Shown here one piece after another: positions 25,629 to 36,224 of a DNA stretch of 64,000 nt. Made by a program: the position numbers and the translations under genes. The notes beneath the pieces were generated by a model. It searched no databases. It was not told the origin of the DNA and was given only the letters and a program-made list of their open reading frames with translations. This stretch comes from Pseudomonadota bacterium (GTDB taxonomy: Bacteria > Pseudomonadota > Gammaproteobacteria > Pseudomonadales > JADFDG01): contig JBMOOP010000027.1 of NCBI GenBank assembly GCA_049324495.1, positions 30,623 through 94,622 of the forward strand, written 5' to 3'. Within the stretch, counting starts at the first letter, position 1. Every line of letters starts with the position of its first letter.

Positions 25629-27821
25629 ATGAGCATCCCCGTTGCAGAAGACCTCGTGCTCCACCGACAACTTCTTGATGTTGCTTTGCGGTTGTTCGCC
25701 GAGCGCGATATCCACCGTTTGTGCGACACGATCGTGGCCGAGGCCCAGAGGCTGACCAACGCCGAAGGCGGCACGCTCTATCTGACCAACAACCGTGTCA
25801 TGGATCGCCGCGAACGACCCCGCCGGCTGCACTTTGCCGTCATCCGCAACGAGCTGTTGGGAATCCGCCTGGGTCTGGGCGGTGGCGATCAGATGCCGTT
25901 TGCGCCGCTGCCGTTGCTCGATGACAAAAACGAGGAAAATCATCGTCACGTGGCCTGTCATGCCGCGCTGATCAAAAAAGTGGTGAATGTGCCGGACGTT
26001 TATTCCGCTGCCCGTTTCGATTTCACCGGCACGCGCGAATTCGACAGCAAGTACAATGTGCGCAGTGTCTCTCTGCTGGCGGTGCCGCTGGTAAACGGTG
26101 CCAACGAGACCGTCGGCGTGTTGCAACTGGTCAACGCCCGCGACAGTGCGGGTCAGATCGTGCAGTTCTCCAGCGAGGCGGAAAACACCGCCAGTTTTCT
26201 TGCCCGTTTTGCGGCGGTTGCCATAGATCAGCAGCGTTTGTCCGAGGAGCAGCGCGAGTTGTTGGTGGCGCTTTCCGCCGAGACCACCACGGCGGGCCTG
26301 CTTGAGCGCATTCTTGACGAAGCGCAGCGCCTCGCCAAAGCCGAAGGCGGTACGCTCTATCTGCTGGACGAGACCGACCTTGGCCGGCCGGCACTGCGTT
26401 TCGCCCTGCTGCGCAACGACAAACTCGGGTTCAAGCAAGGTGGTTCCAGTGGCGAGCCGATCACCTTGCCACCGTTGTCGCTGGTCGATGAGCAGGGCCG
26501 TGAAGATCATCGACTGGTTGCGGCGCACGTTGCGCACACACGGAAGATGATTAATATCGAAGACGTTTACGAAGTCACCGAATTCGATTTCTCCGGTACC
26601 CGCAAGTTCGATGAACGCAATGGCTACCGCTCGCAATCAATGCTGACCATTCCGCTGCTCAATCATGCGAAGGAAGTGATTGGTGTGCTGCAGTTGATTA
26701 ACGCCCGCGATGTCGATAGTGGCCGGGTGATTCCGTTTGGCGATCGCGTGGTGCCGGTAATCTATGCGCTCGCATCCTATGCGGCGATCGCGCTCAACAA
26801 TCAAATGCTGGTGCAGGAACTCAAGGGCCTGCTCGACGCCTTCATCAAGACCATCGCCAAGGCGATTGATGCCAAGAGCCCGCATACGTCTGCGCACTGC
26901 CAGCGGGTGCCATTGTTGACCGAGCTGATCGCACAGGCGGCTTGTGCGGACGACGGTCATTTCCGTGCTTTCAATCTCGATGAGGATGGCTGGTACGAGT
27001 TGCGGGTTGCCTCGTGGCTGCACGATTGCGGCAAACTCGCCACGCCGGATTCGGTGCTCGACAAATCCACCAAGCTGCATGGCCTGCGCGACGGCATTGA
27101 CGCCGTGCGTACCCGGTTTGCCGTTGCCCGCGGCGAACTGGAGCTGGATTATTGCCAGCGCATCGCCGCTGCGCCCGCCGATGCCGGTGTCCTGCGCACC
27201 GAGCTGGCTGCACAGCTGGCGGCGCTGAATGATGATTGCCAGTTCATCGAGCGCAGCAACAAGGGCGGCGAATTCATGGCCCGGGAGTCCAAGGATCGCG
27301 TGCGATCGATCGCTGCGCGCACCTGGCGCGATGCTGCGGGCAATGTGCAGCCGATGTTGAGCGAGGAGGAAATTCATAATCTGTGTATTGAGCGAGGCAC
27401 CCTGACGAGTGCGGAGCGGCAGAAGATCAACGACCACATGAAAGTTACCATCGACATGCTCGAAGGCCTGCCGCTCCCGCGCAAGTTGCGCCGGGTACCG
27501 GAATACGCCGGTGGTCACCACGAGAAAATGGATGGCACCGGGTTCCCGAAGGGTCTGAAGCGCGACGAGATGTCGCTGCCGGCGCGGATGATGGCAATCG
27601 CCGACATCTTCGAGGCGCTGACCTCGTCGGAACGGCCCTACAAGCTGCCGATGAAGATTTCACAGGCGTTGTCAATCATGCGGCGCATGCGCGATGACAG
27701 CCACATTGATCCGGACATCTATGCGCTGTTCCTTGAGCGGCGGGTGTGGGAACAATACGCGATCGCTGCGCCTCTAAAACCGGAGCAGCTGGATGTTACC
27801 GATCTTGCAGCATATCGCTAG
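25629..27821 (+). CDS. GAF-GAF-HD-GYP domain protein (putative c-di-GMP phosphodiesterase or sensor)
   Basis: Two GAF-like halves each carry AEGGTLYL...LQL(V/I)NARD. The HD motif is WLHDCGKLATP. The GYP region reads GGHHEKMDGTGFPKGL, that is GFP instead of GYP. Confidence 0.85.
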   Translation: MSIPVAEDLVLHRQLLDVALRLFAERDIHRLCDTIVAEAQRLTNAEGGTLYLTNNRVMDRRERPRRLHFAVIRNELLGIRLGLGGGDQMPFAPLPLLDDKNEENHRHVACHAALIKKVVNVPDVYSAARFDFTGTREFDSKYNVRSVSLLAVPLVNGANETVGVLQLVNARDSAGQIVQFSSEAENTASFLARFAAVAIDQQRLSEEQRELLVALSAETTTAGLLERILDEAQRLAKAEGGTLYLLDETDLGRPALRFALLRNDKLGFKQGGSSGEPITLPPLSLVDEQGREDHRLVAAHVAHTRKMINIEDVYEVTEFDFSGTRKFDERNGYRSQSMLTIPLLNHAKEVIGVLQLINARDVDSGRVIPFGDRVVPVIYALASYAAIALNNQMLVQELKGLLDAFIKTIAKAIDAKSPHTSAHCQRVPLLTELIAQAACADDGHFRAFNLDEDGWYELRVASWLHDCGKLATPDSVLDKSTKLHGLRDGIDAVRTRFAVARGELELDYCQRIAAAPADAGVLRTELAAQLAALNDDCQFIERSNKGGEFMARESKDRVRSIAARTWRDAAGNVQPMLSEEEIHNLCIERGTLTSAERQKINDHMKVTIDMLEGLPLPRKLRRVPEYAGGHHEKMDGTGFPKGLKRDEMSLPARMMAIADIFEALTSSERPYKLPMKISQALSIMRRMRDDSHIDPDIYALFLERRVWEQYAIAAPLKPEQLDVTDLAAYR

Positions 27822-27878
27822 TAACGCGCTGCCTGGGTCATCCGAGAAAGAGCTGTACCGGTTAAGGAAAATCACGGT

Positions 27879-28766
27879 ATGAAGTTATTGTTATCTCGGG
27901 TTCGCGCCATTTTTTTGTGCACAGTTGTTTTTTTTGTCGCTGCGTTTGCAACGGGCGGTGTGATGGGTGCAGCCCCCGAAAGCGCCGCAGCGCCGGTAAC
28001 CATGCCGTTGCTGCTGATCTTGCACGGCAGGATTGAACAGGGCGCCATGGTCGTCGGTCACACGACTCCGGGCGCCAGTGTCCGCGTTGGCCAGCGCACG
28101 TTGACAGTCGCTGCCGATGGCACCTTTGTTTTCGGCCTTGATCGTGATGCGCCAAAACATGTGCAACTTGTTATTGCCGCGCGGGACGGCGCGACGATGA
28201 GCACAACGGTCAAGGTGGCGACGCGCAAGTATCGTATCCAGCGCGTCAAGGGCATCAGTGAGCGGATCATGAATCCGACCCCTGAAGATCTGGTACGTAT
28301 TGCTGCGGAAAATGCGCAGGTGGCGCGTGCTCGTGCGCGCAATGACGATCGTCTTGATTTCCTGCAGCCGTTCATCTGGCCGGCTGTCGGGCCGATCACC
28401 GGGGTGTTTGGCTCGCAGCGCTATTACAACGGGGTGCCGAAGCGACCACATTACGGTGTCGATATGGGTGTGCCGGTCGGCACGCCGGTACGGGCGCCGG
28501 CCGGCGGCATAGTCACGCTCGCGCATCCGGACATGTTCTATTCCGGCGGCACGTTGATCATCGATCATGGTCACGGCATCTCATCGACGCTGATGCACCT
28601 GTCCGATGTGTTGGTGAAGGAAGGTGATCGCGTCGAACAGGGTCAGCAGGTTGCCCGATCCGGTGCCAGTGGCCGTGTTTCCGGGCCGCATCTGGATTGG
28701 CGCATGAACTGGTTCGGCGAACACATCGACGCGCAGTTGCTGGTTGCCAGGCAGGTTGTGGAATAG
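27879..28766 (+). CDS. M23 family metallopeptidase (secreted)
   Basis: Signal peptide, then HYGVDMGVPVGTPVRAPAGG (HxxxD) and IIDHGHGISS. The distal motif reads GPHLDW rather than the canonical HxH. Confidence 0.85.
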   Translation: MKLLLSRVRAIFLCTVVFFVAAFATGGVMGAAPESAAAPVTMPLLLILHGRIEQGAMVVGHTTPGASVRVGQRTLTVAADGTFVFGLDRDAPKHVQLVIAARDGATMSTTVKVATRKYRIQRVKGISERIMNPTPEDLVRIAAENAQVARARARNDDRLDFLQPFIWPAVGPITGVFGSQRYYNGVPKRPHYGVDMGVPVGTPVRAPAGGIVTLAHPDMFYSGGTLIIDHGHGISSTLMHLSDVLVKEGDRVEQGQQVARSGASGRVSGPHLDWRMNWFGEHIDAQLLVARQVVE

Positions 28767-28770
28767 GTAG

Positions 28771-29607
28771 TCAGGCGATGGCGCCCTTGGCGACGCCTTC
28801 GAAGGCCTTCACGCGATAGTGCCGTTCCGGATGCGCGCGTTTGAGTGCAGCGGCGATGTGTTCGGCGATGCACTCGACCGTGGAGTCGGTTTCAATCAGG
28901 TAAACGTGACGCCGGTGCAGTTCGAGCAAGTAGCGGCCTTCGCGCGAGACATAGCCGAAGTGCAGATAGTCGGCGGCCGACGTGTAGCCGAGGTCGTCGG
29001 TGGTACCGATATAGATGTCGCGGAATATCTCGCCCCAGCGCTTTTCCAGCATGGGATTACGTACGTGGTCTTCGAAGATCTCGATACGCGAACGGTGGCC
29101 GTGCGCAATGCGCTGGCAGGCGCCGTCATGTTTTTTCAGCCCGTGGCTGTAGTGATAGTAAGCACCGTTGATTTTTTCCTCGCGCAGGCGTACGACGATG
29201 CGCTCGACGTTTGCCGGTAGCGCCTGGCGCAAAGTGATGGCGAGAAAGGCGCCGAGGCCGGCGCGGTCGACCTCGGCCACCGGCAGGCGCAGTACCGCAA
29301 CCGGCGGGCATTCGATCAGCAGATGCTCGCCATCATGCTGGCGCCGGATGCGCAGGTTGCCGTCGGGCAGATCCGTGATCTCCAGCCCTGCCATCGCCTG
29401 CGGTATCAGCAGGCGATGGTCAGCCAGATGGTCGATCGCGTGCTTGAGTGTTTTTTTTACCAACCCGAAGTCGAACACCATGCCCTGGGCATCGAGGCCG
29501 CCGTGCAATTCGATGTCGACGATCCAGCTCTCGCCGACCAGCCAGCGGGTCGGGTGCAGGTAGGTGAAATCAATGACGGTCAGGGCATCGACAAACAGGG
29601 CGGGCAT
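28771..29607 (-). CDS. tandem-domain 6-pyruvoyl-tetrahydropterin/6-carboxytetrahydropterin synthase family protein
   Basis: The C-terminal half has CQRIAHGHRSRIEI (the Cx3HGH zinc and catalytic motif). The N-terminal half keeps the DFGLVKK...DHRLL T-fold pattern but lacks HGH. ATG at 29607. Confidence 0.7.
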   Translation of the reverse strand: MPALFVDALTVIDFTYLHPTRWLVGESWIVDIELHGGLDAQGMVFDFGLVKKTLKHAIDHLADHRLLIPQAMAGLEITDLPDGNLRIRRQHDGEHLLIECPPVAVLRLPVAEVDRAGLGAFLAITLRQALPANVERIVVRLREEKINGAYYHYSHGLKKHDGACQRIAHGHRSRIEIFEDHVRNPMLEKRWGEIFRDIYIGTTDDLGYTSAADYLHFGYVSREGRYLLELHRRHVYLIETDSTVECIAEHIAAALKRAHPERHYRVKAFEGVAKGAIA

Positions 29608-29621
29608 CGCGGGCCGCCCGC

Positions 29622-29807
29622 TCAATCGTCGAAATCGAAATCGTAGTCGCCAGCGTACTTGTGCGCCCGCTTGCTCTCGACCACTTCCTCAATGCGGCGC
29701 CGCCGTGCGACCGCATCCTTGTTGGTCGTCGCCGTAAAACGCGTATCGGGTACGGCTTCCTCGGGGCCTTCGGCCGCCGGTACTTCCTCTTCTTCGAACT
29801 GGGCCAC
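29622..29807 (-). CDS. small acidic protein with a basic central helix (hypothetical)
   Basis: VAQFEEEEVPAAEGPEEAVPDTRFTATTNKDAVARRRRIEEVVESKRAHKYAGDYDFDFDD. GTG 29807 with GAGGTG 9 nt upstream. The ORF also extends to a TTG at 29852. The stop lies 15 nt before the downstream PTPS-like gene start. Confidence 0.5.
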   Translation of the reverse strand: MAQFEEEEVPAAEGPEEAVPDTRFTATTNKDAVARRRRIEEVVESKRAHKYAGDYDFDFDD

Positions 29808-29998
29808 GTCTGCAACACCTCGGTGGGCGGTTCTGTCGGGGTGGGCCGGCAATCATCAGATAAGGCCGGTCCGCGAAGCGGCGGTTATATATAGGGTTAT
29901 GCGGGATTTGTAAACAGCGGCGGATAAACGGTATGCGCGACCCCCGGAAAGTGGCCGTCGGGGAGGGAGGGGCAGGGACCGGTTTTACAGGTGTTGCC

Positions 29999-30202
29999 TC
30001 AGACGGGCCGAACGCGCAGGCGCTCGATTTCCTCGGCCGTCAGGGGGCGCGCCTGATCCTCCAGCATCACGGCGACGCCGTCGCGTACCGGATAAGCCAG
30101 GCCGCTCGCCCGACACAGCAATTCTTGCCGGGTTTCGTCGTACACCAGTGGGGTGTGGGTCAGGGGGCAGGCCAGCAGGTCGAGCAGTTTCTTGTCGAGC
30201 AT
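29999..30202 (-). CDS. Trm112 family protein (YcaR/UPF0434)
   Basis: MLDKKLLDLLACPLTHTPLVYDETRQELLCRASGLAYPVRDGVAVMLEDQAR is the classic Trm112/YcaR sequence. Confidence 0.85.
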   Translation of the reverse strand: MLDKKLLDLLACPLTHTPLVYDETRQELLCRASGLAYPVRDGVAVMLEDQARPLTAEEIERLRVRPV

Positions 30203-30348
30203 GGTTCGTGGTTCCGGGCGAGGCAAGCCGGGCCTGAGCATAGCAGAGGCGCGCCCGCGCACCGCGCAACGGGCGCGCTGAGTTACCATCGGCGCGCTCA
30301 AAAAGGAGCCCGGCTCCGCCTTTGCGAATTTTCAAGTGGAGAAAGTCC

Positions 30349-32145
30349 ATGGCTGTTTACCAAGCCCCGCTGCGTGACATGCAGTTTGTCCTGCATGAGT
30401 TGTTTGCCGCCGAGGCCCGCTGGGCCTCCATGCCGGCGACGCAGGGCGTCACCACCGACCTCGCCGACGCGATCCTGGCCGAGGCGGCAAAATTCGCCGA
30501 GCAGGTGATCTTCAGGCTCAACAGGCGTGCTGACGAGGAAGGTTGCCGGTTGGATCGTGATGAAAAAGGCAGGGGTGTGGTCAGTACGCCGCAGGGATTT
30601 CGCGAGGCTTTCCGCCAGTTTGCCGGTGGCGGCTGGCCGGCGCTCTCCGGCGTACCCGAGTACGGTGGCCAGGGCATGCCGAAGATGCTGACCGTGATGT
30701 TCGACGAGATGCTCTATGGGGCAAACAGTGCCTTCGCGCTGTACCCCATGCTCTCCAATGGCTGCACGCTGTGCATCGCGTCGCATGCCACCGACGCCCA
30801 GAAGCAGATGTACCTGCCACCGATTTACGCGGGTCGCTGGTGCGGCACGATGTGCCTGACCGAGCCGCATTCCGGTACCGATCTGGGCATCATCCGCACG
30901 AAGGCGGTACCCAATGGCGACGGTTCCTGCGCGCTCAGTGGCACCAAGATATTCATTACCGGCGGCGAGCACGATCTGGTCGAGAACATCATTCATCTGG
31001 TGCTGGCGAAGTTGCCGGATGCGCCGCCGGGCCCAAAAGGCATCTCGCTGTTCATCGTGCCGAAGTTTCTGGTCAACGCCGACGGCTCGCTCGGTGCGCG
31101 CAATGCAGTCGACTGCGGCGCCATCGAGCACAAAATGGGCATCAAGGGCTCGGCCACGGCGGTACTTAATTTCGATGCGGCGCAGGGCTGGCTGGTCGGC
31201 GAGCCGGGCAACGGGCTTGCCTACATGTTCACGATGATGAACTACGAGCGGTTGTCGATCGGTATCCAGGGCCTCGGTCTTGGTGAGGTGGCCTATCAAT
31301 CGGCCGCGGCTTACGCGAAAGACCGCCTTCAGGGCCGCGCCGCGACCGGTGCGATCGCCAGGGATAAAATCGCCGACCCGATCATCGTTCACCCCGATGT
31401 GCGGCGCATGCTGCTGACGGCGCGGGCCTATTCCGAAGCCGGCCGCGCCTTCGCCTGCTTTGTCGGCGAACAGCTCGATGTGGCGAAATTTCACGAAGAC
31501 GCCGCAACGCGTGCGCGCGCCGATGCGCTGGTGCAATTGCTGACACCCGTTGCAAAAGCGTTTTTCTCGGATAAGGGTTTTGAGAGTTGTGTGCTGGGCC
31601 AGCAGGTGTTCGGCGGCCATGGCTACATTCGCGAGTGGGGCATGGAACAGCTGGTGCGCGACGCGCGCATTGCGCAGATCTACGAAGGCACCAACGGCAT
31701 TCAGGCGCTCGATCTCGCCGGCCGCAAGGTCGCCCGCAATGGCGGTGAGTTCGTGGCGATTTATTTCGCACATATCCGCAGCACACTGGACGCGGTCAGC
31801 GGTGTTTCCGGAGTTGAATCCGAACTGGCTGTGGCACGCAAGGCGCTCGCCTTGCTCGAGGCGACCACAGCCTGGCTTATTGCGCAGGCGAAGAGCGATG
31901 CGAACGCAATCGGTGCGGCGAGCGTTGATTATCTTGAGTTATTCGGGCTCGTGACCTACGCCTGGCTGTGGGTGCGGATGATGGCGATTGCCGCACCGAA
32001 AGCTGCCGGCGATGATTGGTATGCGGCGAAGCTGGCGACGGGGCGCTTCTATTTTCAGCGCCTGCTGCCGAAGGCAGATGCCCTGGTGGTGCAGATTCGC
32101 GCGGGTTCGCCGTCGTTGATGGCGCTGGACGCGGCGCTGTTCTGA
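30349..32145 (+). CDS. long-type acyl-CoA dehydrogenase (FadE/AidB-like, about 600 aa)
   Basis: MAVYQAPLRDMQFVLHELF N-terminus, MCLTEPHSGTDLG, KIFITGGEHD, QIYEGTNGIQALDL. Confidence 0.9.
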   Translation: MAVYQAPLRDMQFVLHELFAAEARWASMPATQGVTTDLADAILAEAAKFAEQVIFRLNRRADEEGCRLDRDEKGRGVVSTPQGFREAFRQFAGGGWPALSGVPEYGGQGMPKMLTVMFDEMLYGANSAFALYPMLSNGCTLCIASHATDAQKQMYLPPIYAGRWCGTMCLTEPHSGTDLGIIRTKAVPNGDGSCALSGTKIFITGGEHDLVENIIHLVLAKLPDAPPGPKGISLFIVPKFLVNADGSLGARNAVDCGAIEHKMGIKGSATAVLNFDAAQGWLVGEPGNGLAYMFTMMNYERLSIGIQGLGLGEVAYQSAAAYAKDRLQGRAATGAIARDKIADPIIVHPDVRRMLLTARAYSEAGRAFACFVGEQLDVAKFHEDAATRARADALVQLLTPVAKAFFSDKGFESCVLGQQVFGGHGYIREWGMEQLVRDARIAQIYEGTNGIQALDLAGRKVARNGGEFVAIYFAHIRSTLDAVSGVSGVESELAVARKALALLEATTAWLIAQAKSDANAIGAASVDYLELFGLVTYAWLWVRMMAIAAPKAAGDDWYAAKLATGRFYFQRLLPKADALVVQIRAGSPSLMALDAALF

Positions 32146-32379
32146 GAGAGCTGCCAGCGTCACGGTGGCGGGTATGGGGCGCCAGTCATGACTCAAGCGC
32201 AACTTGCGGATATCGCCAATCGGTGGCGATTCCAGCAAAGATGAATCTAAATTTTCAGAGGTCTTTCGAGTGCGATGGGTGCGGTTGTTGGCCGCGTGAA
32301 TTATTTAACGAGGTGATCTTCCCGCCATTTGACGGACACCGGGTTATCGAAAGAATAACCCCAACCCTCGAGGTGTCCG

Positions 32380-32691
32380 ATGAGCAAGAAGCCCCAGAAG
32401 AAGTCCCCCAAGAGCGCCGGCGGTCGAGGCCGGTATACGCCTGAGTTCCGCCAGGAAGCCCTGCTGCTGGCAGTCCGGGTCGGCGTCGCAGACGCCGCCG
32501 AGCAGTTGGGCGTCGCACCCGGCCTGCTCTACACCTGGCAGGGCAAGGCCAGGCAGGCCAGCCAGGGCGCGAAGGTCGAGCAGGCGCAGGCCGCCGAGAT
32601 CGCCCGCCTGAAGCGGCAGCTGGCCGAGCAAACCGAGGAGCTCGCGATCATAAAAAAGGCGGCGGCGTACTTTGCTCGCACGAGCAAGTGA
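32380..32691 (+). CDS. IS3 family transposase OrfA (HTH)
   Basis: RYTPEFRQEALLLAVRVGVADAAEQLGVAPGLLYTWQ plus a leucine-zipper-like C-terminus (IARLKRQLAEQTEELAIIKKAAAYFA). Confidence 0.88.
   Translation: MSKKPQKKSPKSAGGRGRYTPEFRQEALLLAVRVGVADAAEQLGVAPGLLYTWQGKARQASQGAKVEQAQAAEIARLKRQLAEQTEELAIIKKAAAYFARTSK
32652..32658 (+). promoter_or_regulatory. A AAA AAG programmed -1 ribosomal frameshift heptamer of the IS3 transposase
   Basis: AAAAAAG lies near the orfA 3' end. The -1 frame continues [18 protein letters not shown] into the orfB start, as in IS911/IS3. Confidence 0.7.
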
Positions 32692-32735
32692 AGTACGCCT
32701 TCATCCGCGAACATGAGCAGGAATTCCGGGTCGTG

Positions 32736-32930
32736 GCCAACCGTTGCCAACATGAAGCAGAATCTGCAGTTCGCGCTGATCTATAATGCGCCGGGCGTTC
32801 CCGTTGCTGCCGGTGTGCTGTACCCGCTCACCGGTTGGCTGCTGTCACCACGGATTGCGGCACTGGCGATGAGCCTAAGTTCGGCATCGCTCATTTCCAA
32901 TGCGCTGCGATTGCGTGGCGCCAGGATTGC
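32736..32930 (+). pseudogene. 3' fragment of a heavy-metal translocating P-type ATPase gene
   Basis: [59 protein letters not shown] is the last two TM helices of a CopA/ZntA-type pump. Everything upstream is missing. Confidence 0.75.
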
Positions 32931-33001
32931 GCCGGCACGCGGCGATTTATGGGTCATTCAGAGTCACTGGGAAACATTCACCCACAAGCGGAGAAAATCA
33001 G

Positions 33002-33289
33002 ATGTCGAGTGTTGGCTATCACGAACCCGTTTCAGAGCTTTCCGACGAGACAAGGGATATGCATCGGGCAATTGTTTCACTCATGGAGGAGTTGGAAGCA
33101 GTTGATTGGTACAACCAGCGCGTTGACGCCTGCAAGGATCCGGAGCTGAAAGCCATACTCATGCATAATCGAGACGAAGAAAAAGAGCACGCTGCAATGG
33201 TGCTGGAATGGATTCGGCGAAAGGATCCAGCGTTTTCCAAAGAAATGAAGGACTACCTGTTTACGGAAAAGCCCCTGGCACACAAGTGA
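33002..33289 (+). CDS. encapsulated-ferritin-like (EncFtn family) protein, with no adjacent encapsulin shell gene
   Basis: [89 protein letters not shown] closely resembles the recalled Rhodospirillum rubrum EncFtn sequence. GGAG RBS upstream. Confidence 0.75.
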   Translation: MSSVGYHEPVSELSDETRDMHRAIVSLMEELEAVDWYNQRVDACKDPELKAILMHNRDEEKEHAAMVLEWIRRKDPAFSKEMKDYLFTEKPLAHK

Positions 33290-33339
33290 AAATGCTTCAG
33301 TGTCACAAAACTCCTCAGCTACCGGCGCGCAAAGTGCGT

Positions 33340-33780
33340 CGGCACGCGGCTCGCGATAACTGATGCGACCTGGCACGACCTTGCCGCCGGAGCCGAACTG
33401 GCGTGGCGTGAGCCCTATCCAGGCGGCGTACCGGCGGCCATGTTTGAAATCGGTGGCGTTGCCTGCGGTGGCGACGATCGCATCGGACGTAATGGGGCCG
33501 ACGCCGATCATGGCGCGGATCCGCTTGCAGCGTTCGTCCTGCTCGGCCTGCGTCTTGATGCAGGCATCGCAGGCAGCGAGACCTTCCTCGATGGCAGCCC
33601 AGTGCTGTTGCTGCAGGCGGATCAGCCGCACCAGCGGGACAGGCAAGGTGCAGGCGTCCAGATCGGCCAGTGCCCGGCGCAAGGCGACATCCGCCTTCGG
33701 TGTGGCGATCCCGAACTCGGCCAGCAGGCCACGGATGCGGTTGCTGGTGGCCAGTGCCGGGTTTCCGATCTCGTCCGGGG
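33340..33780 (-). pseudogene. IS110 family transposase fragment (C-terminal Transposase_20 region only)
   Basis: NRIRGLLAEFGIATPK...IRAMIGVGPITSDAIVATAGNATDFKHGRRYAAWIGLTPRQFGSGGKVVPGRIS. The N-terminal DEDD domain is absent and the C-terminal end degenerates. Boundaries are approximate. Confidence 0.65.
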
Positions 33781-33865
33781 CAAGTGGGAGAAATTCAGCC
33801 TCGAAATGCTGATCACCCTTGAGGCCCGCCTCGGCCGCACCGTGCGGGTTGAGCTTGCCGTGTAA
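33768..33865 (+). pseudogene. 3' remnant of an XRE-family (HTH) antitoxin-like gene
   Basis: VSDLVRGKWEKFSLEMLITLEARLGRTVRVELAV-stop is the typical C-terminal end of XRE-type regulators. The upstream part is replaced by the IS110 fragment. Confidence 0.5.
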
Positions 33866-33886
33866 ACGTGCGGCAGGGGTTTTTAT

Positions 33887-33963
<77 letters not shown>

Positions 33964-33974
33964 GGCAACCGGAG

Positions 33975-33997
33975 AAGGGCGCCTTTGCGGCGCCCTT
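33975..33997. terminator. GC-rich hairpin between rpoD and the tRNA
   Basis: AAGGGCGCC-TTTGC-GGCGCCCTT. On the rpoD (minus) strand no U-tract follows it. On the plus strand it is followed by GTTTGTTT. Confidence 0.35.
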
Positions 33998-34013
33998 GTT
34001 TGTTTCGCGGCGA

Positions 34014-36023
<2,010 letters not shown>

Positions 36024-36224
36024 CGGGCACCGTTCTGAGAGAAGTTGTGGCAACAGCGGGCGAACCGGGGCGACATGCGCCTCGGATCAAGCCACCGGAG
36101 GGGCCGGGGATTATACCGGCGCGCGCCCGGCGCAGCCAGCCAAAAGACCGGGTCGGCACGGGATTTGGACAGCAGACTTCAGGGTTGAGTTGCTTGCGGC
36201 AGGCCGCTTGGGGATGCGGCGGTG

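Larger units (their letters stand above)
32297..32735 (+). mobile_element. IS3-family insertion sequence remnant (left end, orfA, first 16 or so codons of orfB)
   Basis: GC content drops at about 32297 (TGAATTATTTAACGAGG). orfA is intact. The orfB frame starts [15 protein letters not shown] and then switches abruptly to a P-type ATPase sequence near 32735. The left boundary is approximate. Confidence 0.65.

Noticed and set aside
32146-32296. Possible small ORFs or att site between the acyl-CoA dehydrogenase stop and the IS3 remnant.
   Set aside because: There is no ORF with an RBS and no repeat of the tRNA 3' end that I could see. The exact island boundary cannot be fixed from this window alone.
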